DNA of 64,000 nucleotides. Origin: a virus. Taxonomy: Duplodnaviria > Caudoviricetes. The position numbers were made by a program, and so were the translations under genes. Numbering within the stretch: position 1 is the stretch's first letter; every line of letters starts with the position of its first letter. Under the pieces are notes generated by a model. The model worked only from the letters and a program-made list of their open reading frames with translations. It ran no database searches and was not told the DNA's origin. Where the stretch lies: the IMG/VR virus record IMGVR_UViG_3300029705_000021. One strand, written 5' to 3'. This document shows positions 1 to 11,312 of this stretch, piece after piece.

Positions 1-61
1 ATAAATCCAACCTTTTCATTCCAAATTAAAATATTACTACTTGTCATCGCAATTCTCCTTT

Positions 62-520
62 CTAACCTCTCCAACTCTTTGTTACTGTGTCATACAAAGC
101 TCCGTTTGCATCTTGATACTCTAAGTTTTCTGAGTATGTATACTTATAACATTTGTGTTTGTCTATTCCACAATATACAACCTCACACTCTCCGTTATAC
201 ATTGCGAACTTCTCTCTGTATCCTGCGCTCTGCACCATTTCATCCTCTTCCTTTGGTGTAGGTTTTACTGACTTCATAATTCCGTTAGCAGCTTGAACAG
301 CTCCATACAACCAACCATTCAGATAATCAATGTTGTAGCAATACTGTGTGTAGTTACCAGTTTCTTTTCTTTCTTCACTTGTGTAAGCATAAAATCCATC
401 TCCGTAGTTCTCTTTCTCAATGTGAAGATATCCGAAGTTGTGTAAATAAGCCCGTAAGTTATCTTTAATAATTTCCTTTTCTGTATTTGTCATATCCATT
501 CCTCCTATATAAATACACAA
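62..520 (-). CDS. Hypothetical phage protein
   Basis: 152-aa ORF; SD GGAGG suggests the real start is the internal MDMTN. Confidence 0.7.
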   Translation of the reverse strand: MCIYIGGMDMTNTEKEIIKDNLRAYLHNFGYLHIEKENYGDGFYAYTSEERKETGNYTQYCYNIDYLNGWLYGAVQAANGIMKSVKPTPKEEDEMVQSAGYREKFAMYNGECEVVYCGIDKHKCYKYTYSENLEYQDANGALYDTVTKSWRG

Positions 521-682
521 GCACCATAACGGTCAACTATATAAAACTTCTTACTATGAAGTCCAAAGTCTAAGTGATAACCTTGTGGTAAATGAATCTC
601 TCTTTTATATTTATCTACCAATGATGTTCCAACTACATTGTTCAATGCATCAAGTTGTTTCCTTAATTTTTCTGTATCAAAT

Positions 683-1147
683 CTATTCACATTTACTCTC
701 CTTTTTATTCTTTAATTCAAGCATCTTTTCTCTGTATTCCTCAATCTGTTCAAGTGTTAACCACTCAGGTTTATCTTCATCTGTAAATGATTCATACAGT
801 TTCTTCATCTCATCACAATGCTTATTGACTTCCTTGTAGTAAAGGTGTCCCTCGTATCCATTTCCGTTACCTAAGAAGTAATTACAATCCATTTTATATC
901 TACTTAACATCATGTAATCAAATTCCCTTGGATGCCTTACAAATGGTTCATCACACTCAACTGTTTCTTCTACTTGGTAACTTGGCTCTCCACAAATATC
1001 TCCATCTTCTGGATGTCTATAAGCACCAGTACAAAGACTTAATCCGTTTCTGCCATCATTCACATCAAAGTATAACTTTCCGTTTTCATCTTCGTAGCAA
1101 GGATATTCTGCATATCCACCACCAAAGCCTACATATTTTACTTTCAT
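683..1147 (-). CDS. LPD11 (large polyvalent protein-associated domain 11)-like protein
   Basis: C-terminal YMMLSRYKMDCNYFLGNGNG...MKKLYESF...KPEWLTLEQIEEY pattern; SD GGAGG before ATG at 1147. Confidence 0.65.
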   Translation of the reverse strand: MKVKYVGFGGGYAEYPCYEDENGKLYFDVNDGRNGLSLCTGAYRHPEDGDICGEPSYQVEETVECDEPFVRHPREFDYMMLSRYKMDCNYFLGNGNGYEGHLYYKEVNKHCDEMKKLYESFTDEDKPEWLTLEQIEEYREKMLELKNKKESKCE

Positions 1148-2567
1148 ATTAATATTCCTCCTTATAAAATCTAATTGTATCTGCCTTTTCCTTTTCATAC
1201 TTCTCTCTATCTGTAAATGGTGTGAGATAAATATCTCCCTCACAATATGTAAACACAGCCATCTGTTCATCTGAGAAAGCATAAGCAGAATATCCATCTA
1301 TTTGATGTAATTCAAACCCACACTTGTTTGCGAACTGATAACACAAATCACTCCACCAATGACCTTGTAACATATAATTTCCATTTTTATCTTCAGTTTC
1401 TTCCATAAAGTTTTTATCTGCAATTCTTTGTGTTATTGCATTTAATGAATAAGCCGACAAATCAAGTGGTAAAATTTCATATTCATCATCTTTTGGAATT
1501 CTACCAGTTTCACTTATCAACTTGAAATAATCGTTCCTCTTAATTTGTTTTGCCATAATGTATTCTCCTTCCCTATTCAACTGACCAAGTTCCAACCTTG
1601 TTTCCGTTGATATCCATAATCACACCTTCGTCATATCCATTAGTAAGTTTGCGTGATATGTCCATTAAATTTCTCTGCAACTCATATCTACCTTCCATTG
1701 TAAGAACATCTTCATCACTATAAGCTGCACCACCTGTTTTAATTTCGATCTTTAACATAATGCATTCTCCTTTCCTTTTTCCTACTCTTCTGTAGGAACT
1801 TCAAACCATCTGTATTCGCTTACGATTTTAAATGTTTCATCATCAACATAGCTTGTATCTACAAGAACTACATTGAGATTGTTTTCTACTATGTGGTCTA
1901 TCTCATCTAATGGATAGTCCCACAAGTCTTCATATCCTGTCGTATCAAGGATATGCCTAAGTTCATCTTCGTTTCCCTTTACAAATGGACAGAATCCTAA
2001 AAACTCATCACAATAACTTTGTATACTGTAAATCTGTTTGCTTTTTACCATAGCAATATCTCCTTTCTATAAAATTAATTAGTTACAAGTTCTCTTTCGA
2101 GAGCTTCTTGCTCTTCTTCTCTTTGAAGATTTACATACTCATCATCAGTTTCATATTCTTGATATTTATGCGTTGTTTCACTCTTACCTTTACAAGAATA
2201 TCCAATAAGAAACCAATCATTATACATATTGCTCATCTCCTTTCTAGCTTGATAAACTTTTTAAAGCACTCAATAAATAAATCAAGCCAAGTTCTTTTGC
2301 CTTGTCAATATCTCTTTCAAGCATATCAATTTCTTCATCATATGTTTCTATGTAATCCATATAATCCATATCTGCTGAAGCACTTATGATTTGCTTTGCA
2401 AGTTCTCTACTACTCATTTCCGTTCTCTCCTTTCTCTATATGTTATTATGTAACAAAATGTTAACATAAGAACCATTCCTATTGTTAGTGGAAGTGTTTG
2501 TTCCATCTTGAACATATAGTGACTGATTATTCCACCTGCAACACAACCCATTAAGGTTGCTGTGTAG

Positions 2568-3137
2568 TTACTTGTTTTCATTTTCATTTTCTCCTTTCAC
2601 TATAAACTCTTCAAGTGCCTTGGCTATATCCTTAAGCTTATAGCTTTTAGCAATATGATGCCATACGCTTGACTTGTGTTCATATGACAATTCGTACTGT
2701 CCGTACCACATATACTGCAAGTTCTTCTCGGTTGCTTTCTCTGGCACTGGAATATACAACTCAAACTTTGTACCATTGTAATCAAAAGTAAAACCATAAG
2801 CATATCCTTCATACCCACAAGTTACAATACTTTCTAACTTAACATCTTTTCTTCTTTTTTCATCAAAAAGTTCCTCAATCAACCTTTTCTTCATCCACTC
2901 ATAAGTCGGTCTTTCCGATTTCTTTTTTAATTTCTGTTGATTAGCAGCTTCTTTCATCATATCTTCCATATAAGGAAGTGTAAGTGACCTAACTCCTCTA
3001 ATAAGTGAAGCTGTTAAAGAGTTCTTAATTGTTGTCAGTTCCTCAATCTCTGCTTCTTTCTTATTAACAAGGTTCTTGTAGTTCTCAATTGCCTTGTATC
3101 TATTTCCTTCGATTTCTTCAATAGTCATACCAAACAT
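2568..3137 (-). CDS. Hypothetical phage protein
   Basis: 189-aa ORF with SD AGGAG. Confidence 0.75.
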   Translation of the reverse strand: MFGMTIEEIEGNRYKAIENYKNLVNKKEAEIEELTTIKNSLTASLIRGVRSLTLPYMEDMMKEAANQQKLKKKSERPTYEWMKKRLIEELFDEKRRKDVKLESIVTCGYEGYAYGFTFDYNGTKFELYIPVPEKATEKNLQYMWYGQYELSYEHKSSVWHHIAKSYKLKDIAKALEEFIVKGENENENK

Positions 3138-4145
3138 ATTACATTCTCCTTTCTTATCTCACTCTTGTTCTATCAAACTCATAAGCAGCACTTCCTTGAA
3201 GTAAAGTTTTCCAGCCACCATAAAATGTGATATGAACTTTAGGATTTCCGTTGATGTCCATTGTTATATTGTAACTTTCAATGTCCGAATAAGAATGACA
3301 AGTTGTTGGTACAAAATCATATAACATATTCATTTGCGCTCGCTCCTCTCTTAATCTTCCATAAAGTCTTCAACAGATATATTATACATATCTTCATAAA
3401 CCTTATAATGATTTATGATTTCCATATGCTCATCTCTTGTAAGGTCTGCAAGTCTTTGTACTTCGTTGCTATACATATTACAAACTCCACTTGCTTGAAC
3501 TTTTACAAATCTTTTGAATTTTTCTTTCGTTATCATAAATAATCTCCTTTCTTAATCCATCCATCTAATAGCCACACCATCTTCATCAATTTCACATCCG
3601 TAATACCCACAATCATCATCGTCTAATTCAACACTTTCGTGTTTATCATGGTATGGCACATGCTTTAATTTCTGTTCTGCTTCTTCATGATTTTCGGCTA
3701 ATAAATATCCATCTGCAATACATTTATATCCAACTGTTGCTCTCCAATGAAAAATTCTCATAACTGTTCTCCTTTCTTAAAGCTCTAAGTTCAATAGAGT
3801 ATCAATGATTTCTCTTGTGTCATATTCTGCTACACCACGCTCGTCTGCAAACACACTATCTTCATTATTTCGTACACTTTCTGCACAATCTTTTAAATAC
3901 TCAAGTTTATTTTTTAAGCGTTCATATTCTTTTTGTGATTTCAATATCTCAATCTGTTCTTCAAGATTTCCTACAATCTTTAAGATTTCTTTTCCACATT
4001 CAGTAAGAATTTTCTCTGCATAAGCAGGTGCATCTAAACTATCTCCAATTTGATTGATTAGCTCTACTATTCTATCTTTCATAGGTTTCAGCTCCTTTCC
4101 GTTAAAGAAAAGGCAGAGGTTAGTCTGCCTTTGGGGTTGGTTAAT

Positions 4146-5117
4146 TTAACTTACTTTTTTGTTTACATACTTTGTTTTTAATAATCTCGCTTCAAATTCA
4201 GCAAGAATATCTTTTGCTAATGTAGCGTGAACTCCCCACATAATAAATTCATTTAACAAAGAATCCCAAGGGATATCATCAACATCAGCTTTTCCGTTGT
4301 CAGTAAACATATTATATAATTCTTCTTTGGTTTGTGATAGATAACCACCATTCATTAGAGGAATATCTAATTGTTTAACTTCTTCTGGTTTGTCTTTTCT
4401 CTTGTAATGATTATTCTTATAATCTGTAATCGCTTGATTACACAACTTACAATCAAGATTTAATTCTTTTGCAATTTGTGTAGGATTTTTACCAGTTCCT
4501 TGACTACTCTCCCAAGTATCCATTAACAAAGTATACTCTTCCCAAGTAAGTTCTGTTGGTGTTGGTGGTGCAGGAGTCGCAGACTCCGTTATAGGCGAAG
4601 CCGTTTCTGTAGACTGAACCGTTGGTCGGTCACGGTCACGGTCAGTACTATCATTATCACCATCATTACCATTATCATTATCATTATCATTATCAAAAGT
4701 AAGAATTCCTTCATACTCTCCATTACGATATTTCTTTAATGTTTTGTTAACTTTTCCTTTGCTGGTATGTAATAACTGTGCAAGTTTATCTTGGCTTAAA
4801 TCTGGTCGGTCACAGTGTGACTGAATAATCTTTTTACTCATTTCCAAATCTTCACCAGAAAATGCTCTTGCTCTTTTCTCTTGTCCTTTATCAATTACAT
4901 CAAATACTGTTTCAGACACAAAGATTAGAATGTCTTCATCTATTGGTCTTATACCATATAATCCATAATCAATAATTGCACTTTGAACTTTGTAAGCCAT
5001 ATCTACTCCGTACTTCTTTTCAATACGCTTCACACTTGTTCTGTAGTTTCCGAAGAATGACATACATATACTTCTGTCAAACTCCTCTGTTTGCGTTGTT
5101 ACATTGTCTTTTGTCAT
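4146..5117 (-). CDS. HTH-containing replication-initiator-like protein with a DN/DR-rich low-complexity linker
   Basis: LSQDKLAQLLHTSKGKVNKTL HTH-like segment, DNDNDNDNGND linker, second HTH-like PTQIAKELNL. Confidence 0.45.
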   Translation of the reverse strand: MTKDNVTTQTEEFDRSICMSFFGNYRTSVKRIEKKYGVDMAYKVQSAIIDYGLYGIRPIDEDILIFVSETVFDVIDKGQEKRARAFSGEDLEMSKKIIQSHCDRPDLSQDKLAQLLHTSKGKVNKTLKKYRNGEYEGILTFDNDNDNDNGNDGDNDSTDRDRDRPTVQSTETASPITESATPAPPTPTELTWEEYTLLMDTWESSQGTGKNPTQIAKELNLDCKLCNQAITDYKNNHYKRKDKPEEVKQLDIPLMNGGYLSQTKEELYNMFTDNGKADVDDIPWDSLLNEFIMWGVHATLAKDILAEFEARLLKTKYVNKKVS

Positions 5118-5144
5118 TTGTCTTTTCTCCTTTAAATGTATTTA

Positions 5145-5324
5145 TTAACAACTTGGAATCAAGCTGTAATATTCTTCAATCGCATCTCGGAGAGCAGGTG
5201 TTTCTTCAAATATCCATACCTTTCTATTAGGGATAAATACATTTGGTTTCTCTTCTAAATACTTAAACCCTTTCTCCAATAAGTAGGTACATAACCTAAT
5301 CTTTCTACATACATATGTTTTCAT
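5145..5324 (-). CDS. Small 59-aa protein (DUF5659-like), missed by the ORF track
   Basis: MKTYVCRKIRLCTYLLEKGF...KVWIFEETPALRDAIEEYY, SD AGGAG. Confidence 0.6.
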   Translation of the reverse strand: MKTYVCRKIRLCTYLLEKGFKYLEEKPNVFIPNRKVWIFEETPALRDAIEEYYSLIPSC

Positions 5325-6047
5325 TTTGCTTTTCTCCTTTCTCTATTGGCTCGTTTACTCAGTTAAAATATAATCGCAATCTATACGAGTATCTACATCA
5401 AAGTCGCAAATAATAAATTTGCCTTTCATTCCTGTATCTCTTGCATATCCATCTGCTATTTCCTGTGCTTCCTTTTCTTCGTTTGCACAGATAAGGATAT
5501 TGAAGTCTTCTTCTTCGTTACAACCCATCCACAAGTTATTCATATCTGTTATCTTCATAAAATCAATCCTTTCCGTTTATATTTTTAATTAGTCTTCACA
5601 TCTTAAATTGTGCAATTTTATATAGAACTCAATATGAGTAACCATACGTTTCTTACACATATTCTTAAATGCACGACCTGTTGTATTCTGTTTTACTTGC
5701 AGTGGATATAACATTTCCAACATCTGAACAAGCTGTTTTCTTGTAAATTCTTCTACAAAATCTTTATTGTAAAAGTATACGCTTAAGTAATTCTTAAGTT
5801 GTCCAACTGTTTTAAAAGTTACTTCGCTTGGGTTTCTACCATCTGTAAATTCTAAGCAAACTCTTTCTTCCATAGATATATCTAATCCATAGTTAACACC
5901 ATGATGACATCTACCAAGCCAACTATATTTGCATTGCCAACAATTATGCATTTCATCTTTTAATGCTCCATTCATAATTATCTCCTTTCCTAATACTACC
6001 ACAACCCACCTGTTTTGTCAAGTGGGCTGTGTGTATTTTTGATTAGT

Positions 6048-6425
6048 TTATTTAACTATCTTTACCTTGCAACCGAAGTGTGCTTCAAGTTCTGCCATTG
6101 TCATTTCCTTGACTGGCTTTTCTCTTTTCCAAAGAAGTTTTCTTTCGCTTCTCTCATAGTTAAGGTCAGCAAAAGTATATGGATGTGGTGATAATTCAAC
6201 TTTTATAATATCAAAATCGTCTCCATCATTACAGTCCATCAATCCATTTTTATAAGTCAAATCTTCTTCGTAATTCTCTAACCTATTCCAACGGTGTTCA
6301 TCTGAATTTAACATTACATCACACGCTCCTTTAGTATAATCTGATACTGCATCAAGAAGTACAACATATTCGCTCCCATCTCTTATTGTAACAATCATAC
6401 CAGTTTTTAAATCACTTTTCTTCAT
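6048..6425 (-). CDS. Conserved hypothetical phage protein
   Basis: MKKSDLKTGMIV N-terminus and EMTMAELEAHFGCKVKIVK C-terminus, a recurrent phage pattern. Confidence 0.7.
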   Translation of the reverse strand: MKKSDLKTGMIVTIRDGSEYVVLLDAVSDYTKGACDVMLNSDEHRWNRLENYEEDLTYKNGLMDCNDGDDFDIIKVELSPHPYTFADLNYERSERKLLWKREKPVKEMTMAELEAHFGCKVKIVK

Positions 6426-6698
6426 TTCGCTTACCTACCTTTCTATTTCAAGTCTACCGTGTCTATACGCATCATACTCTTCATCTGTCATTTCCATACG
6501 AAGTCTTTCTTCATCAAGTTCTGGACACTCTACATCATTAGGCGTATCATCAATACATAAACCTGTTTCATCACAATAAAGTTTTCCGTTCTCTTCTCTA
6601 CAAATGCCACAATTAACACAGTCTTCCCTTGTTGTAATCAAACCTAACTCGCTTACTCTTTCTCTTGTGATTTTCATAGTTCTATTCCTCCTTTTTGA

Positions 6699-7523
6699 TT
6701 AGTTTACTTTCAACAGCCCCTTGATTGCTAACAGCACAGCGTTTCTGTTAGTATGTTCTGGGAAGTTATGTTTTCCCTCAATAATCAACTCTTCTGGTGT
6801 AATAGAATTCATAAGTCTTATCAACTTTGGCTCTATCATATTAAGATTTTCCTTGTTATCATTACACAAAGACCATAATGGCAAATATATAATCTCTGTA
6901 TACGCCTTTGGACAATTAGCCCAGTTAGAAGCATTGATTACATCTATTATCCATTCAAAGTATGTAGAATGTGTTCTTACATTACCTAAACACTTCAACA
7001 CCTTTTCATTCTTTGCCTTTGTGTATCTTACTTCTATACCATACTTATCGCAAACTCGCTTGATTTCCATATCCTTTGCAATAACAGGAATACTTGTATC
7101 ACCACAAGCTATATTTGCCTTAAATATATCATATGGAGTTAATCTGTTGATATTTTCCTGCTGTTGTGCAAACTTGCGAGCTTCATCGTGCTGTGTTAAG
7201 TTTGTAAATATGATACACGGAAGCGATGCAATTCCTTTTGCCTTAGCAACTGAGTATCTGTGCTGACCATCAATGATATAGAACTTATTATCTCTGTATG
7301 AAACAACCAAGAAGTCACATTTATCATTATCCCATTCTTCCACAAGCTTCTTTATTGTTGCACCAAGAACTCTCTGATATGAATAATCAAGTTCCATTAA
7401 GGCAACTGGTACACTTGCAATCCTCTTACCACAGATTGAATATGTATTTTCCATTACTGTTGTTGCTAATGTTGTTGTATTTCCTGTTACTACTGTTACG
7501 TTATTTCTTTCTATTGTTCTCAT
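6699..7523 (-). CDS. ParB/Srx-fold DGQHR-motif protein (DUF6551-like)
   Basis: SYQR...YIIDGQHR motif. Confidence 0.65.
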   Translation of the reverse strand: MRTIERNNVTVVTGNTTTLATTVMENTYSICGKRIASVPVALMELDYSYQRVLGATIKKLVEEWDNDKCDFLVVSYRDNKFYIIDGQHRYSVAKAKGIASLPCIIFTNLTQHDEARKFAQQQENINRLTPYDIFKANIACGDTSIPVIAKDMEIKRVCDKYGIEVRYTKAKNEKVLKCLGNVRTHSTYFEWIIDVINASNWANCPKAYTEIIYLPLWSLCNDNKENLNMIEPKLIRLMNSITPEELIIEGKHNFPEHTNRNAVLLAIKGLLKVN

Positions 7524-7604
7524 AATTCTTTACCTCATTCTTTCTTTCAATAAATAACACCCTGCACTCATTTGAATACAGGGTGTGTTTTTAATTAGCT
7601 TCAG

Positions 7605-7703
7605 CTACTTAACCAGCTTGCTTGCCGAGAGCTTTACCACTCTCTTTCTCTTTGGATGAACCAGTGCTCTCTTTGTCATTGTCTTCTTTCCTAACTGTAC
7701 CAT
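7605..7703 (-). CDS. Small basic peptide, 32 aa (paralog 1)
   Basis: MVQLGKKTMTKRALVHPKRKRVVKLSASKLVK; SD GAGG upstream; paralogous to the adjacent ORF. Confidence 0.6.
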   Translation of the reverse strand: MVQLGKKTMTKRALVHPKRKRVVKLSASKLVK

Positions 7704-7721
7704 AATAAATTCCTCTCTTTC

Positions 7722-7829
7722 TTAATTCTTCTTAATAAGTTTACTTGCTGCAATTCTTACTGTCTTGTTTCTCTTTGGGTGAACAAGACTTCTCTTTGTA
7801 ACAACTTTCTTTGCTAACTTAACTGGCAT
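7722..7829 (-). CDS. Small basic peptide, 35 aa (paralog 2)
   Basis: MPVKLAKKVVTKRSLVHPKRNKTVRIAASKLIKKN; SD GAGGTG upstream. Confidence 0.6.
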   Translation of the reverse strand: MPVKLAKKVVTKRSLVHPKRNKTVRIAASKLIKKN

Positions 7830-8193
7830 AGTTTCTGCACCTCTCTTTCTTAGTTTGTTCTCATAAACTCGCTCAAGTACCATCTCTGTCTTTGTCTTAC
7901 AAAAAATGGTTTGCCTTGAGCTGTATATTGAATACGTGACTTAGATACTCTTATGTATCCTTCTCCGTAATTCTCAGCTGTGATGACATAATCATCTATT
8001 CCTTGTTGAAGCTCCATTATGCAAACTCCACCAAAGTTACAAGTTGAGCAAGTTGCTACTGGACTTGCATTAGGCGGATATTTCCTTGCTTTCATTTACA
8101 TCACTCCCTTCTAATCTTCCAAAGCTCTTTCAATAGCATTATTAATCGCAATCTCTAAACAGATTTCGCTTATGACCTCATCAACAAGTTCCA

Positions 8194-8790
8194 TCATTTA
8201 ATCACCTCATAGTTCTCTGGGATATGATTTGCAGAAATATAACCACTTCCATCAGCAAGCATCCAAAAAGGTTTCTTGAATTGATAGCCTGCTTCGTGTT
8301 TGAATACTTCCATTTCTCTTCCGTCCCAACGGGTGTACTTAATTCGTGTACCTACTGGCAGACTTGAAAGTGTTGGTTTCTTATTTGTGCGTTTCTCATT
8401 ACATTTTCTTCTCCACTCTAAAGCATTTTCATTTTCCGTTGGTGAAAGTAAATCAAGAATTCCTTTTGGACAATCATACTGATATGGGCGTACTGTTTCG
8501 TCCATATCCTTATATCCAAAATTCATTCCGTCATTCCATTTTGTACTTGTTAAACATATTGCAGCCCAAGTACAATCATATCCAGTCTGTGAGTTCGTTG
8601 TCCTTACAGCCGCATAATATGTACTTCCTACCATAGAAGATTTTAACACTTCCATTTTAGGATAGTGACAAGTACCACCATTGTAATCAGAACCATCGTG
8701 TTCTTCTTGTGTAAACCTCTTATCCATTTCTGCTTTACGGTCTACTTTTCCGTTTTTGTAATGTGTTGCTCTGTAACTTGTCCAACCCAT
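8194..8790 (-). CDS. DUF6927-like protein
   Basis: MGWT start, GSTYYAAV, FGYKDMDET.RPYQYDCP..ILDLLSPT...ALEWR pattern. Confidence 0.6.
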   Translation of the reverse strand: MGWTSYRATHYKNGKVDRKAEMDKRFTQEEHDGSDYNGGTCHYPKMEVLKSSMVGSTYYAAVRTTNSQTGYDCTWAAICLTSTKWNDGMNFGYKDMDETVRPYQYDCPKGILDLLSPTENENALEWRRKCNEKRTNKKPTLSSLPVGTRIKYTRWDGREMEVFKHEAGYQFKKPFWMLADGSGYISANHIPENYEVIK

Positions 8791-10628
8791 AGTTATTCTC
8801 CCTTCTAAATCAGATCAAAAATATAATCAGGTTCTAAACCAAAATCATATTCTAAAATTTCCTCTGGATTTTCACCTTCAAGTACTCTTTCCCTTGCATC
8901 TTCAACTTCTCTTATGGCTTCTTCTAATGTGTATCCATCTCTTTCCATTAGAATTTTAACTATTGCGTTCATAATATCAACCTACCTTTCTACTTCCATA
9001 ATTCATAGTTCAACATATCAATAAGTTCTCCACAATCAACCCATAAAGCGTGATTTACTTTCTCTTTTCTGTAGTCTTCGATTGTGTTACACTGCTCAGG
9101 TATATCTAACCTATCAGCATATTTTCTTAACAGTAACCACAATACAAAATTCTGTTCATCTACTGTTAGGTTGCTTATTTGCGTATCAAGTTCACAAAAT
9201 TTTGCTTCTCTATCCATACTAAACCACCACCATTCCGTTCTGTCTTTCAGTAATTCCATACTTAATCATTGCATTACAGAAGTCATTTGCCTTCTCAATG
9301 CTTATTTTCATATGGTCAGCTATCAAGCCTACACTCATAACACCTTGACTGTTCTTCTTTACATTGCCATATACTGTTCCACAGAGGTCTCTGTAGAATT
9401 CGGTTGCCTGTGACTTTGTGATTTCTGGTGTTAATGTTCTCATATTCATCACTCCTTATATTTAATTTTTAATGCTGTTAAATCAGCAATTAAATCCATA
9501 TCTTTTAAATGTTGTTCTTCTGGATAGTATGGATTTTCGCTACGAGCTATTATTTTCGCTTGTACTTCTTTAATTATTCGCTCGTTTGTAAGATGTTGTG
9601 TTGCCATAGTCACATTTCCTTTCCGTTATACAAACTCAACAAGTTCTCTTGCTAATTCTTTATCATCTTTTCCTATAGCAATTCCTACAAGTGCAGCATT
9701 AAGCATATTAAGACTTGCCTGTTCACTTGCTCTACATCTATCAATGATATCCTGATGATACTCTTCTTCTACCTTGCGAAGTCTTGTAACTTCTTCTCTT
9801 AATTTTCTGTTTTCCATTACAATATTCGCCATTGTTAAAATGATTTCTTCTGTCTGTTCAATCGCAATATCTGCAATTTCTCTCTGTTGCCATTTGTCAA
9901 ATTCTTTTGCCATTTTTATCTACCTACCTTTCTAATAATCAAATGCTTCATATGGGTCATCTAACCCATCAACTTCTGCCATCTCAAACAAAGCACCTCG
10001 TATTTCACCAATACTCTGTTCAAGCTCTGCTATATCTTCTACATCTGCGTTCTGCTCTTTAGCTAGTTTCAATGCTTCTTCATAGCCTTCAAGCATACGA
10101 TTAAGCCTTGCGTATTCACCCATTGTTACCACCTATTCCTTTCTTCTCCACAATACTCTTTCTGAAGCTCTATTAACTTCTTCTTAAGCTCCGTTAATAC
10201 ATCATCCTCAACCAAATCTTTTGGATTATTTGGTCTCGCAAACGACACTCCATCAGACATTGTAAACAGCTTGACTTCTATGATTGTGTCATAAATTGTT
10301 CTCTGTTTCGCTATGAGAAACTTCTTTCCATAACGATTTTTGCAAAGTATTATTTCCCATACCTTTCTCTGAATTGTGATTTCTCTTATCTGCATATCTG
10401 CATCTCCTTCCCTATGCCAATTCATTTCTTCTCTTATTGGCATATCTAAACAAACAAAGTTTTTCTTGAAACTAAGAATTATTATTACTCGCTTTCCGTT
10501 CTATTTTGGAAAGGAGTGGGTGTTCTGAATTTCACACACCCTAATACCATTGTTTGCTTGGATATGCCAACAAGCACTTGACCACTTGACTTGACCACTT
10601 GACTTGTTGACATTAAAAAAGAGAGTGA

Positions 10629-11312
10629 TTAGTTCTCACTCTCTACTGCTTCAACTACTGCTTCAACATCTCCGTTGTACTCCTGCAAAGCCGAAAGATA
10701 TGCTTCACGTATCTCTGATATACGCTCTGCTCTCTTACGCTCTGCACGAAGCTTTCTCTTCTCAGCACGTTTCGCTTTCTGACGAGCCTTGATTTCTGCT
10801 CTCTTTGTAGCTTCCTTACGTGCCTCATTGATTTCTATGACCTGACTGTCTGCTGTCTTGAGTATCTTGTAGTACTTATCTGCACCACCACAAATATGTT
10901 TCATAATACATACTTCAAGACCTCTTGAGAAGTCATATTCATCTCCCATACAGCATTTTGCTTTCTGTATGTCTCCGTCCTCGAAGAATACAACCACTGT
11001 CTGCTTTTTATTATCTACCTTGTAATCTTTAATTTTAAATCTCATATTTTTGTCCTCCAATCTGATTTCTTTTGTTGTGTTTTCTGTTTCTGTTACACGC
11101 TCGGCTACCAAGCCCTCGAACATTTCTTCCACAAACCAGCCACCGTACTCTGCGACTTGATATGTATTATCATTCGGATCTACTTGTGTGATGGTTACGA
11201 TTTTATTTGGTAACTCTCTTTTTTTATAGTTGGGAAGACAACCAATAATACGGTATTCTTCCTTTATGTTTTTTACTACTCTTACAATATCTCCTATTTT
11301 GTATTTTGCCAT
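10629..11312 (-). CDS. Hypothetical phage protein with KOW-like N-terminus and basic coiled coil
   Basis: YKIGDIVRV start; TVVVFFEDG...KC..GDEYDF..GL motif. Confidence 0.65.
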   Translation of the reverse strand: MAKYKIGDIVRVVKNIKEEYRIIGCLPNYKKRELPNKIVTITQVDPNDNTYQVAEYGGWFVEEMFEGLVAERVTETENTTKEIRLEDKNMRFKIKDYKVDNKKQTVVVFFEDGDIQKAKCCMGDEYDFSRGLEVCIMKHICGGADKYYKILKTADSQVIEINEARKEATKRAEIKARQKAKRAEKRKLRAERKRAERISEIREAYLSALQEYNGDVEAVVEAVESEN

